In this document: positions 1 to 8,711 of the stretch, piece by piece | Numbering within the stretch: the first letter of the stretch is position 1 | Layout of the letters: the number at the start of each line of letters is the position of its first letter | Assembly (NCBI GenBank): GCA_964451025.1 | Contig: CAYVHC010000002.1 | Location: 10,077 to 74,076 of the forward strand | Direction: 5' to 3' | Source: an uncultured Bifidobacteriaceae bacterium | GTDB lineage: Bacteria > Actinomycetota > Actinomycetes > Actinomycetales > Bifidobacteriaceae | Length of the DNA stretch: 64,000 nucleotides | Notes under the pieces: generated by a model | Databases searched by the model: none | What the model saw: the letters and a program-made list of their open reading frames with translations, nothing else | Told to the model about the DNA's origin: nothing | Program-made: the position numbers and the translations under genes

Positions 1-447
1 GGATACGTGCCGGTGGACGGCGTGTATTCCGGTTGGCTTGTCGATTTCGGCATGGCATCGGCTGCTGATGCGAAGGCACCGGCAGACACGACAGCTGAGG
101 CACAGGAGGGGAGCAGCACCGCTGATAACACTGGTGCCGTTTCTGCTGATGCGCACGCCAACCATCATGAGGATGCCGTGACCGTCCGCACGCCCGTCAA
201 CCGCTGGCCTGCTGCAATTTCCATTGGCACGAAGGAGACCTTCAGCGAGGCAACCGGGTTGCATGAGCGTGTGGTCGAGGCCTATGCGTGCACGCAGGAA
301 TGGCTGGAGCTGTATGGTCATGACGTGCGTGTGGAATTCGGTGGTTATCTGCGTCCGCAGATGAAATTCGCCAGCGCTGACGAACTCGCCGGCCAGCTGG
401 CGAAGGATGCGGAGGCGTCACGCAAGGCTGCGGGCACCGCGCAGTGA
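1..447 (+). CDS. ribF: Bifunctional riboflavin kinase/FAD synthetase, 3' part (truncated by window start)
   Basis: PVDGVY, SIGTKETF, VEAY, LYG, LRPQMKF motifs of the riboflavin kinase domain, with an Ala-rich insertion. Confidence 0.9.
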   Translation, partial: GYVPVDGVYSGWLVDFGMASAADAKAPADTTAEAQEGSSTADNTGAVSADAHANHHEDAVTVRTPVNRWPAAISIGTKETFSEATGLHERVVEAYACTQEWLELYGHDVRVEFGGYLRPQMKFASADELAGQLAKDAEASRKAAGTAQ

Positions 448-561
448 CAATCACGGAGCACAGTGACGCCGCGCAGTGACAATAGCGCAGCCAAGCAGCA
501 CCGCGACACCACGCCGCAGGGGCGATGCGTGGATGCTGTTGCAGGCACGGCGCGTGTCATG

Positions 562-610
562 AAAAAGGCTGGGGCGGATTCCTAATTCAAGGAATCCGCC
601 CCAGCCTTTA
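562..610. terminator. Bidirectional intrinsic terminator between ribF and the NlpC/P60 gene
   Basis: Long perfect stem AAAGGCTGGGGCGGATTCCT / AGGAATCCGCCCCAGCCTTT between convergent genes. Confidence 0.85.
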
Positions 611-635
611 TGGAAGTAGGGGATGTGTCACGTCG

Positions 636-1712
636 TCAGTTGAAGATGCGGCGGATGGAATACCCGGACATGAACGTGGACACGACATTGCACGGATAGA
701 TGCGCGTGCCCAGCGATGGATTGAGGGCTTGTGCGCAGTTGCCGCTGCCAACGTAAATGGCGGCATGGCCGCTGTTGGCGATGATGTCGCCCGGCTGTGC
801 CTTCGTGTACAGGTCGGATTGGTTGCCGATGTAGGTGCCGGCCTGGGCTTGTGCGCCGGAGGAATGCGCAAGCGTGACGCCGAACTGCGCATACAGCCAC
901 TGCACGTAGCCTGAGCAATCCCACCCGCTCGGTGTGTTACCGCCCGCTACATAAGGTCTGCCGAGATACTGAATCGCAAGATTTGCCACAGCCTGACCGG
1001 AGCCCGGACCCGACACGGTGACGGTCGAGGAAGAACCGGTTGACGTGCCAGCCGAGGAAGAGCCGGTTGACGCGCCGGCCGAGGACGAACCAGCAGCGGA
1101 TCGGCTGGATGTTGCTGCCCTCTCGGCAGCAGCGGCATTGGCGGAAGCGACTTCACTCGTCACCTTGTTGGCGGCCTCGGCAAGGCTGGAGTTGACGGCG
1201 TAGATGCTGTCAGTGCTTGCATTGTCGTCGGTGACGGTGGAATTGGCTTGGTCGATGAGACCGGACAGCGTGCTGCGGCTCGAGTCACTCGCCTTGCCCT
1301 CGGAGGAAGAGAGCGTGGAGGACGCGCTGTCGATGGTGGCCTGCAACGTCTTGCGGGCATCCTGAACGCTTTGCGACAGCGGCGCCTCGATGATCACATT
1401 GTCTTCATTCACGCTTGTGGTGAATGTGCCGTCAACCGACAACTGGGAGCCTTCCTGCAGCAGGGAGTCACGTGAATCGCTACGGCTCACGGCAGAAGAC
1501 TGTCCCAATGCGCCGGCGCCCAGCACCGAGGAGCCTCCGTTCGACGCCACCGCCGTGCTGCTGCCTGCGAGAAGCAACGCCAGGATGATGGCGGGAACGC
1601 TTTTCGTGATTTTGACCGCAGCGGCACGATGTGACTGTGACTGCGGAGCGGCGTGCCGCTTCTGGGCATGCCGAGAAGCATTCGCGGCAGACGAATGAAT
1701 CGGAAAAATCAA
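636..1712 (-). CDS. Secreted NlpC/P60 (C40) peptidoglycan hydrolase
   Basis: N-terminal hydrophobic segment, Ser/Ala-rich linker, C-terminal LGRPYVAGG...DCSGYV...GHAAIYVG; TTG start uncertain. Confidence 0.9.
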   Translation of the reverse strand: MIFPIHSSAANASRHAQKRHAAPQSQSHRAAAVKITKSVPAIILALLLAGSSTAVASNGGSSVLGAGALGQSSAVSRSDSRDSLLQEGSQLSVDGTFTTSVNEDNVIIEAPLSQSVQDARKTLQATIDSASSTLSSSEGKASDSSRSTLSGLIDQANSTVTDDNASTDSIYAVNSSLAEAANKVTSEVASANAAAAERAATSSRSAAGSSSAGASTGSSSAGTSTGSSSTVTVSGPGSGQAVANLAIQYLGRPYVAGGNTPSGWDCSGYVQWLYAQFGVTLAHSSGAQAQAGTYIGNQSDLYTKAQPGDIIANSGHAAIYVGSGNCAQALNPSLGTRIYPCNVVSTFMSGYSIRRIFN

Positions 1713-1896
1713 ATCTGCACCTTACTTCCGTGCGCGGTGGGTGGGTGGCGACAGTATTGATGTTTGTTACTCTCTGTATCGGTTTTGCACGATTACCAGC
1801 ACTTCCGACTGGAAGCGCGAGCCTCACATCATGGAAGCCGCGTCACCTCTCTCATACTGATATGAATCTAGCACAGGCTCGTTACTTTCACACACG

Positions 1897-2487
1897 TCAT
1901 GCACGCGTCGCTTCCGCGCCGAGCGTCTCCATTCGCTGCAGGCAGCTCGCGATGTGATGGGCGTCTTCGCTGCCTGTGCCGTCCACGTATTCGATTGCGG
2001 CATCCGCCACACCGCAATACTTGGTGAACGTATTGTCGATGATTTGTCGTTCCAGCGCATCGTCGATGCCGGAGGTGCGATACCAGTCCTCGCTTGCGCC
2101 GGTGAGCGCAATGAACCGCACCGTTTTGCCTGCCAATGCCAGTGGTTTGCCGGTCGAGCGGTCATAGACGAAGTCGCGGCACAGCACACGGTCGAAGAAG
2201 CCCTTCATCGAAGCCGTCATCGTGTACCAATAGATCGGGGTGACGAACGCGATGGTGTCCGCCGCTTCCATGGCCTGCTGATAGGGGATGACGTCAGCCG
2301 GCATGGGCGTGGCGTTGTAATAATGGTCGCGATCGGCCAGCGTGTAAGCGGGGTTGAAGCCATCGGTCCCTAGGTTGATGATGCGCGTCGAACTGCCGTT
2401 GTCATGCGCGCCTTTTGCAAATGCCTTGGCGACGGCAACAGTGAGGGAATCCGGATCCGGGTTCGCGGCGATCACGAGGGTATGCAT
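1897..2487 (-). CDS. NAD(P)H-dependent oxidoreductase, flavodoxin-like fold
   Basis: ANPDPDSLT and PIYWYTMTASMKGFFDRV motifs; AGGAG SD before ATG 2487. Confidence 0.85.
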   Translation of the reverse strand: MHTLVIAANPDPDSLTVAVAKAFAKGAHDNGSSTRIINLGTDGFNPAYTLADRDHYYNATPMPADVIPYQQAMEAADTIAFVTPIYWYTMTASMKGFFDRVLCRDFVYDRSTGKPLALAGKTVRFIALTGASEDWYRTSGIDDALERQIIDNTFTKYCGVADAAIEYVDGTGSEDAHHIASCLQRMETLGAEATRA

Positions 2488-2609
2488 GGGGAGTCTCCTA
2501 GGAGGGTGGTGGCGGCATTCGGTTACCGCGGATTGATAAAGTGACACAAGAATATCCCTCGTGGTCCAAGGATGCGGCAGGTTTCACGTAAGGAGAACGA
2601 GGAGTGCTC

Positions 2610-3311
2610 ATGGATTCTGGTCGTGCGCAGCACGTGTCTGGCAATGATTCCCCGGTGGCGATAACGGACGTGTTGTTTGATTTCGCTGGTGTGCTCGTGG
2701 ACTGGCGCCCATGGCTCGCATTCGGATACGACAGTCAGGAGGCGCTGGACGAGGCTGTGGACGAAGACAAGCCCGGTGCCGTGGCGGTGCAGCGCTTCTT
2801 CGACCGAGGCGATCCCGAAGGTTTCTGGGCGCTTGACGATTTGCGTGATGCAGGCATGCCCAATGCCGAGGTTTGCGCGCGCTACGCCGCGGCGCATGGC
2901 GGACTGCCGTTGCGTGGCATGTATCGGCGGTATCTCGACGCATTCGTCGCCACTGTGCCGGCGATGATGCCTGGCATGGCGGCGTTGCTCGCTGACCTTG
3001 CGCAGCAGGGGATTGGCGTGTGGGGGCTTACGAACTGGTCCGATGAGGATGTCGCCATTCCACTTGGTCTGCCGGGCATGGAGCCATTGCGCGGTGTGAT
3101 TGTTTCGGGGCGGGAGAAGCTGGTGAAGCCCGATGAGGCGATTTATCGCCTTGCTGTGGCGCGTTTCGGATTGACTGCCGGCACTACGGCATTTTTCGAT
3201 GACAGGCCGGTGAACGTGGCAGGTGCGCGGGCGGTGGGAATCCGGGCGCATGTTTTCGCCGGCGCACAGGATGCCAGAGACTTCCTGCGCGCCGGCGGAA
3301 TCGGTGTGTGA
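2610..3311 (+). CDS. HAD-superfamily hydrolase/phosphatase
   Basis: FDFAGVL motif I variant, LTNW, KPD, FFDDRPVN. Confidence 0.85.
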   Translation: MDSGRAQHVSGNDSPVAITDVLFDFAGVLVDWRPWLAFGYDSQEALDEAVDEDKPGAVAVQRFFDRGDPEGFWALDDLRDAGMPNAEVCARYAAAHGGLPLRGMYRRYLDAFVATVPAMMPGMAALLADLAQQGIGVWGLTNWSDEDVAIPLGLPGMEPLRGVIVSGREKLVKPDEAIYRLAVARFGLTAGTTAFFDDRPVNVAGARAVGIRAHVFAGAQDARDFLRAGGIGV

Positions 3312-3354
3312 GTGTCGGTGTGTCTGCTGGTATGCGCACCAGCCGGTCAGCGCG

Positions 3355-4758
3355 TCAGTTGGTGGGCGTCGGCCAACGGTACGAAGGATTCGCTGCGAAA
3401 CCTTGCAACACCATGGTCTGGCTGAATTGCTTCATGCGCGTGCACAGGCCTTGCACACGAAGTGAGCCCACGGTATTGCCGTTGGATGTGTCCACCGCAA
3501 TCAGCTCGGCATCGCTTTGGGATGCGCGGGAATCGTCCGACGTCGCGGATGCACCGGCAGAGAAGACCGTTGCCAGGTCCGTGCTGAACCACGCGGCCAC
3601 GGCAGGGTTAGCGTTGGTGGCGTCCTGGGAGTGTGCATCGCTGATCGAGCGTGTGACACCATCCAAGAGGCTGGTGCGGTTGAGCGTGCGGGATGCCGTG
3701 AACCAGTAGATTGCACCGTCATGTGCGATGCTGCCGCCGGCAGCGGTGGCCGGCGTCAGATCCGCATTTGCAAGCGTGAAGATGCCGCCATCAGTGCCGT
3801 GCAGCGCCTTCACGCTATGGCGTCCGGTCGTGGTGTCCCACGAGCTGAGCGATAGTGTGGTGTTGCCCGAGTCAGAGCCGTCGTTGGCGGAGTTCGCCGT
3901 GATGATGGAGAACACTCCGGCGTTGCATACCGCTGTGGACGCCAGTGCCGTCGGGGCGGAGGATGCTCCGGCATCGGTCATGACAGATTCGCCTATCATG
4001 GCGTCGGAGATATCGCTGTGAGCTGTGTCTGCTGATTGCATGGCCGTGCCATGGGAATCAAGCAGTGAGCCGTTCGATGCAACATGAAGCAATGTGCTGA
4101 TGCCTGCCGTGCCGGTGCTGCGTGTCGCAGGGGTTTCATGGATGAGCGCATAGACGTCATCGCCGCATGCGGCGTAGCCAAGCTGGTGCACGGCGCTCGG
4201 ATTGCCGCTGGTGAGCGTGCCGGACGCCTGCGAAATCCTGGCGTTGTCCGTTGCTGTGCCATGCGATGAGGTGAGCGCCATCGCCACGTTTCCATTGCCC
4301 GATGAATACGCTTCGAAATGACCGTTGGACAGTCCCAACGAAGCAACCATATCGAGAACGGCGGCTCCGTCGGGAGCGTCCTGCGAGTCAGCGCGAGTAT
4401 GCCCCTTCGGCGCGGTGATGAGCCGCGTGTGATGCTCGCCAGGGACGATGAGCCCCTCGTCAGTCCACAGCGGCTGCGCTCCGTTGAGGGCATCCGCCTC
4501 TACCATGTGATAGCTGCCATCGTCGTAGACGAAGGCGAGAATCCCGGTGTTTTCCCACGGCAGGAAGGAATTGCGTTGTGGGGCGAAGTAGGCCACGCCC
4601 ACAGTGCGGTCCAGATTGATGCTCGAGATGACCGTCACCCCACGGTTGAACCATCCCCAGGCGATGCCTGCCACCAGTGCCAGGCACGCCACCACACCCG
4701 CGGCAATGGCACGCCCCATGCCGCGTCGAGGCGTGGTGTCTTTACTCTCGGCTTTCAT
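3355..4758 (-). CDS. Membrane-anchored or secreted hypothetical protein
   Basis: 467-aa ORF with one N-terminal hydrophobic helix and a Ser/Thr-rich beta-type body; true start may be 4817 across a C9A7 tract. Confidence 0.75.
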   Translation of the reverse strand: MKAESKDTTPRRGMGRAIAAGVVACLALVAGIAWGWFNRGVTVISSINLDRTVGVAYFAPQRNSFLPWENTGILAFVYDDGSYHMVEADALNGAQPLWTDEGLIVPGEHHTRLITAPKGHTRADSQDAPDGAAVLDMVASLGLSNGHFEAYSSGNGNVAMALTSSHGTATDNARISQASGTLTSGNPSAVHQLGYAACGDDVYALIHETPATRSTGTAGISTLLHVASNGSLLDSHGTAMQSADTAHSDISDAMIGESVMTDAGASSAPTALASTAVCNAGVFSIITANSANDGSDSGNTTLSLSSWDTTTGRHSVKALHGTDGGIFTLANADLTPATAAGGSIAHDGAIYWFTASRTLNRTSLLDGVTRSISDAHSQDATNANPAVAAWFSTDLATVFSAGASATSDDSRASQSDAELIAVDTSNGNTVGSLRVQGLCTRMKQFSQTMVLQGFAANPSYRWPTPTN

Positions 4759-4906
4759 GATTCTTTTTTTGGGGGGGGGCGCTGTGCATCAGGTCGCGCG
4801 ATTGGTGAGCTTTTCATGGGATCTCCTTCCTCCGCCGGCCGATGGGCGGCGGCTGTCAGTGCTACTCTGGGGGCGGTGCCAATGCCTGTTCCGTGCGAAT
4901 CCACTG

Positions 4907-5078
4907 TGATTCGCCAGTAACACTGATTCGCCGGTAACGCTGATTCTGATTCTCCGATAAGGTTGATCCTTTGGCAGCGGCGAATCGCCCGTGACCGCGG
5001 GGCAGTCCGTTACGCTGGATGCCTGTGCTGCTGGATGCCTGTGCCACTGGACGCTTGTGCCACTGCACAGACGTGCAT
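4907..5078. repeat. Degenerate 17-bp and 16-bp tandem repeats in a divergent intergenic region
   Basis: TGATTCGCCRGTAACRC x2; CTGGATGCCTGTGCTG / CTGGATGCCTGTGCCA / CTGGACGCTTGTGCCA. Confidence 0.8.
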
Positions 5079-5123
5079 TGTCCCTATGCCCTTTTTGTTC
5101 ATAAATACTACCAGAAGGAAACC

Positions 5124-6467
5124 ATGAGCGTGGAGATGAATGCCACCACAAACTATTCGAGCGAAACCTTCAAACCGGTCATCGCGCGCCGTCGCAGGCC
5201 GGAAGTCCTTGCGCCGGCAGGTAACATGACGGCGTTCAAGGCTGCGGTGGATTTCGGCGCCGACGCGGTGTATTGCTCGGGAAAGATGTTCGGCATGAGG
5301 TCGGCGCCGCGCAATTTCACGCTCGATGAGTTGCGTGAAGCCGCCGAATATGCGCATGAACGCGGGGCGCGCATCTATGTGACGTGCAACATCCTGCCCA
5401 CGAATCCCGAAGTCGAAGGCATCCGCGAATACCTGAGGCAGCTGGACCGTGCGGGAGTGGACGCGGTGATCGTGACCGACATCGGCGTCATGATGATGGC
5501 GCGTCAGGTCGCGCCCCGTCTGGAAATCCACATTTCCACACAGGCGGGCGTCACCAATTATCTTGCCGCCGCGACGTTGCGCGACTTGGGTGCCAAGCGC
5601 GTCGTGCTCGCCCGTGAGCTTGCGTTGGAGGACGTGGCGCACATCCGCGCACACACGCCCGACGACCTTGACATCGAATGCTTCGTGCATGGTTCGATGT
5701 GCATGGCGTTTTCCGGACGCTGCCTTATCTCGAACTTCCTCACCGGCCGTTCCGGCAACCACGGCGAATGCGCCCAGCCTTGCCGTTGGCGTTACTCGGT
5801 GGTGGAAGAGAAACGCCCCGGGCAGTACTTCCCGGTGGAGGAGACCGAAGGCGGTTCCTACATCTTCAATTCCCAAGACATGAACATGCTGCCTCACATC
5901 GGCGAGGTCATCGAGGCGGGCGCCACAAGCCTCAAGATTGAAGGTCGTGCCAAGAGCGCCTACTACGTCGCCGCCATGACGAACGCCTACAAGTGCGCGG
6001 TGGACGAATACCTGGCATGGCGCGACGAACGCATCGAGGCAGGCAAGCGGGCGGACCCCAAGGAATTCACGCCATCCTCATGGCTGCTCGATGAGCCGTA
6101 CAAAGTCTCGCACCGTGATTATTGCACGGGATTTTGGTATCACGACGTGCCTGCCGGCCAGAACGTGGACCGTGGCGGATACTACCGCGATTGGATTGTG
6201 GTGGGAGACGCATTGGGGTGGCGTGACGGGCGTGTGACGTTCATCGGACGCAATAAGATCGTGCCCGGCCAGTCCATCGAAATCCTCCAGCCCGGCGTGC
6301 CGCCCATGCAGCTTACCGTCGCAGACGACATTCGCGACGCCGACGGCATGCATGCGGACGCTGCCAACAATCCCACGCACGTGTTCTCCCTGCCGTGCGA
6401 GCAGCCGGTGGTTCCGGGCGCCGCCATGCGCACGAGGGCGCTCAGGCCTACGTTGAAAGCGGAATGA
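5124..6467 (+). CDS. U32 peptidase family protein (TrhP/YegQ-like tRNA hydroxylation protein)
   Basis: PEVLAPAG, GADAVY, HISTQ, EcFVHGSMCMAFSGRC...CAQPCR, SLKIEGRAKS; GAAGGA SD. Confidence 0.9.
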   Translation: MSVEMNATTNYSSETFKPVIARRRRPEVLAPAGNMTAFKAAVDFGADAVYCSGKMFGMRSAPRNFTLDELREAAEYAHERGARIYVTCNILPTNPEVEGIREYLRQLDRAGVDAVIVTDIGVMMMARQVAPRLEIHISTQAGVTNYLAAATLRDLGAKRVVLARELALEDVAHIRAHTPDDLDIECFVHGSMCMAFSGRCLISNFLTGRSGNHGECAQPCRWRYSVVEEKRPGQYFPVEETEGGSYIFNSQDMNMLPHIGEVIEAGATSLKIEGRAKSAYYVAAMTNAYKCAVDEYLAWRDERIEAGKRADPKEFTPSSWLLDEPYKVSHRDYCTGFWYHDVPAGQNVDRGGYYRDWIVVGDALGWRDGRVTFIGRNKIVPGQSIEILQPGVPPMQLTVADDIRDADGMHADAANNPTHVFSLPCEQPVVPGAAMRTRALRPTLKAE

Positions 6468-6567
6468 AAGAACCATGGGACTTCCTTGGCAAGTCGAGGG
6501 TGCGTTGCGTCACTATAATTTGACACAGCAGTAACCAACGCACAGGCAATCCAAGGGAGGAAGAGCC

Positions 6568-8412
6568 ATGGTCGACATCGTGAAGCAGACAACGACGAAG
6601 CTGCTCAAGCCCATCGACACCGACAAGAACATCTTCGATTTGCTTGACGACCGCGCCAAGCGCACGCCGGACGAGGAAATCATCCGATACCGTGACGAGA
6701 AAGGGCAGTGGCAGGGATTCACCGGAACCGCGTTCCGCGCCAAAGTCGTCGCGCTCGCCAAGGGGCTCATCGCCAAAGGTTTCATGCCCGGTGATTCCAT
6801 CGCCATCCTTGTCAGCACAAGCTGGCAGTGGACGGCGCTCGATTTCGCGGTGCTGTCGATCGGTTGCGTGGTCGTGCCCATCTACGAAACGAACTCGGCC
6901 GCTCAAATCAAGATGATCTGCAACGATTCGACCGTCACCTGCATGATCTGCGGCACTGATGCCCAGCGTGACAAGGTCATGACCGTCAAGGACGAGTGCC
7001 CCACGCTGCGCGACATCTACGTGTTGCAAACTGGCGCAATCGACGCCATCGAGGAACTCGGTGAAGGTGTGTCGGATGCCGAGTTTGAGGAACGCCGTGC
7101 CGCAACGCACGGTGATGTGCTTGCCACGATCGTGTACACATCCGGCTCCACGGGCACGCCCAAGGGCATCGAGCTGACGCATGCGAACTTTGTCTTCACC
7201 GTGTATTCGGGATTCCAATACATGCCGGAATTCACGCTGGGGGAGGACCAGGCCATGTGGCTGTTCCTCCCGCTGGCGCATGTGTTCGCCCGGTACATGC
7301 AGTTCATCTGCATCGCCGGCACCGTGCAGCTGGGCCTGGGGTCCAATTTCAAGACGATCATCAAGGACTTCCAGGAATTCAAGCCGACGCTGATCCTCGC
7401 CGTGCCGCGCGTGTTCGAGAAAGTGTACAACGCGGCCTCCCAGCGAGCCGGCACCGGTTTCAAAGGACGCCTGTTCAATCGTGCCGCCATCACCGCTCGC
7501 GACTGGAGCCGCGCACAGCAGGCGGGCAAGCAGCTGCCGCTGGGCGAACGCCTCCGCTACAACTTCTACAAGAAGGCCGTGTATAGCAAGATCATCGACG
7601 TGTTCGGAGGTCGCGCCGGACGCGCCATCTCCGGCGGCGCTGCCATTGCACCGGACCTGTCGCATTTCTTCAACGGCATCGGTATGCCGCTGCTCGAAGG
7701 CTACGGAATGACGGAAACCACGGCGCCATGCTCCGTCAATCCGTTCCACGGCTACAAGATCGGCACGATCGGCTTGCCTCTCAATGGCATCACCTTTGGC
7801 ATCGCCAAGCCCGAACCGGGCGCCGACTACGGCGAAGTGCTCATCAAGAGCCCGTCCGTGTGCCGCGGCTACCACAACCATCCCGAACTCACCGAACAGC
7901 AGATCACCGACGGGTGGCTGCACACCGGCGACTTGGGTGACATCGACGACGACGGTTTCATCCAGCTCAAGGGCCGCAAGAAGGACATCATCATCACCGC
8001 TGGCGGCAAGAATGTGTCGCCCGGTGAGCTCGAAGCCGCCGTGATGAAGAGCGAGATCGTTGACCAGTGCCTCGTCATCGGCGATGGCAAGCCGTTCGTC
8101 GCGGCACTGGTGACGCTTGACCTGGCCGGTGTCAATGATTGGCTCGCCACGCAGGGCGGCGAACCCGTGGCGAATCTGGAGGAGGCTGTCGCAAACCCCG
8201 CGGTGCATGCGGAGGTGGAGCGCCTCGTGGATGCGGCGAACAGCCAGGTCTCCCGTGCTGAATCCATCCGCGAATTCCGAATCGTGCCCGACGTGTGGAG
8301 CGTGGACAACGAGATGCTTACCCCGAGCCTCAAGGCCCGCCGCAGCGTCATCGTGGAGCATTATCGCAAGCTCATCGACACGGACATCTACGTGCCGCGC
8401 AAAAACAAGTAA
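6568..8412 (+). CDS. fadD: Long-chain fatty acid-CoA ligase (AMP-dependent synthetase)
   Basis: YTSGSTGTPKG, EGYGMTET, TGDLG, GRKKDIIITAGGKN, LTPSLK. Confidence 0.9.
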   Translation: MVDIVKQTTTKLLKPIDTDKNIFDLLDDRAKRTPDEEIIRYRDEKGQWQGFTGTAFRAKVVALAKGLIAKGFMPGDSIAILVSTSWQWTALDFAVLSIGCVVVPIYETNSAAQIKMICNDSTVTCMICGTDAQRDKVMTVKDECPTLRDIYVLQTGAIDAIEELGEGVSDAEFEERRAATHGDVLATIVYTSGSTGTPKGIELTHANFVFTVYSGFQYMPEFTLGEDQAMWLFLPLAHVFARYMQFICIAGTVQLGLGSNFKTIIKDFQEFKPTLILAVPRVFEKVYNAASQRAGTGFKGRLFNRAAITARDWSRAQQAGKQLPLGERLRYNFYKKAVYSKIIDVFGGRAGRAISGGAAIAPDLSHFFNGIGMPLLEGYGMTETTAPCSVNPFHGYKIGTIGLPLNGITFGIAKPEPGADYGEVLIKSPSVCRGYHNHPELTEQQITDGWLHTGDLGDIDDDGFIQLKGRKKDIIITAGGKNVSPGELEAAVMKSEIVDQCLVIGDGKPFVAALVTLDLAGVNDWLATQGGEPVANLEEAVANPAVHAEVERLVDAANSQVSRAESIREFRIVPDVWSVDNEMLTPSLKARRSVIVEHYRKLIDTDIYVPRKNK

Positions 8413-8556
8413 CCGCACACAAGTAACCGCACCGAGGATTGAAGCTAACTGATGGCGGTGTCGTGAATCACACGGCGCCGCCATTGTTGTTGCTGTGCGG
8501 TTTCGATGACGAGGCTGTGCTGATGAATCCACGGCTGCTTGGCTGCGTTGCGGCTG

Positions 8557-8622
8557 TGATGGCGCGGCATAAGTAATACATATAGGCACGGCGGTGCGGG
8601 GGAGCACCACCATGCCTATCGT
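8557..8622 (+). promoter_or_regulatory. Putative activator site and -10 box of the aminotransferase-panE operon
   Basis: TGAT-N8-ATAAG(8569)-N7-TATAGG, then TATCGT at 8617. Confidence 0.55.
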
Positions 8623-8711
8623 GTCTTCCAGATCACAAGGAAAGCCTTGAGTCCCCAGGAGTCCTTCGGATGCCCTGGGGTATGCAGGGGAGCGGAGAAC
8701 GGAGGACATGC

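Noticed and set aside
8582-8619. Inverted repeat ATAGGCA...TGCCTAT as a riboswitch stem
   Set aside because: It lies upstream of the predicted TSS and has C-A mismatches on the sense strand
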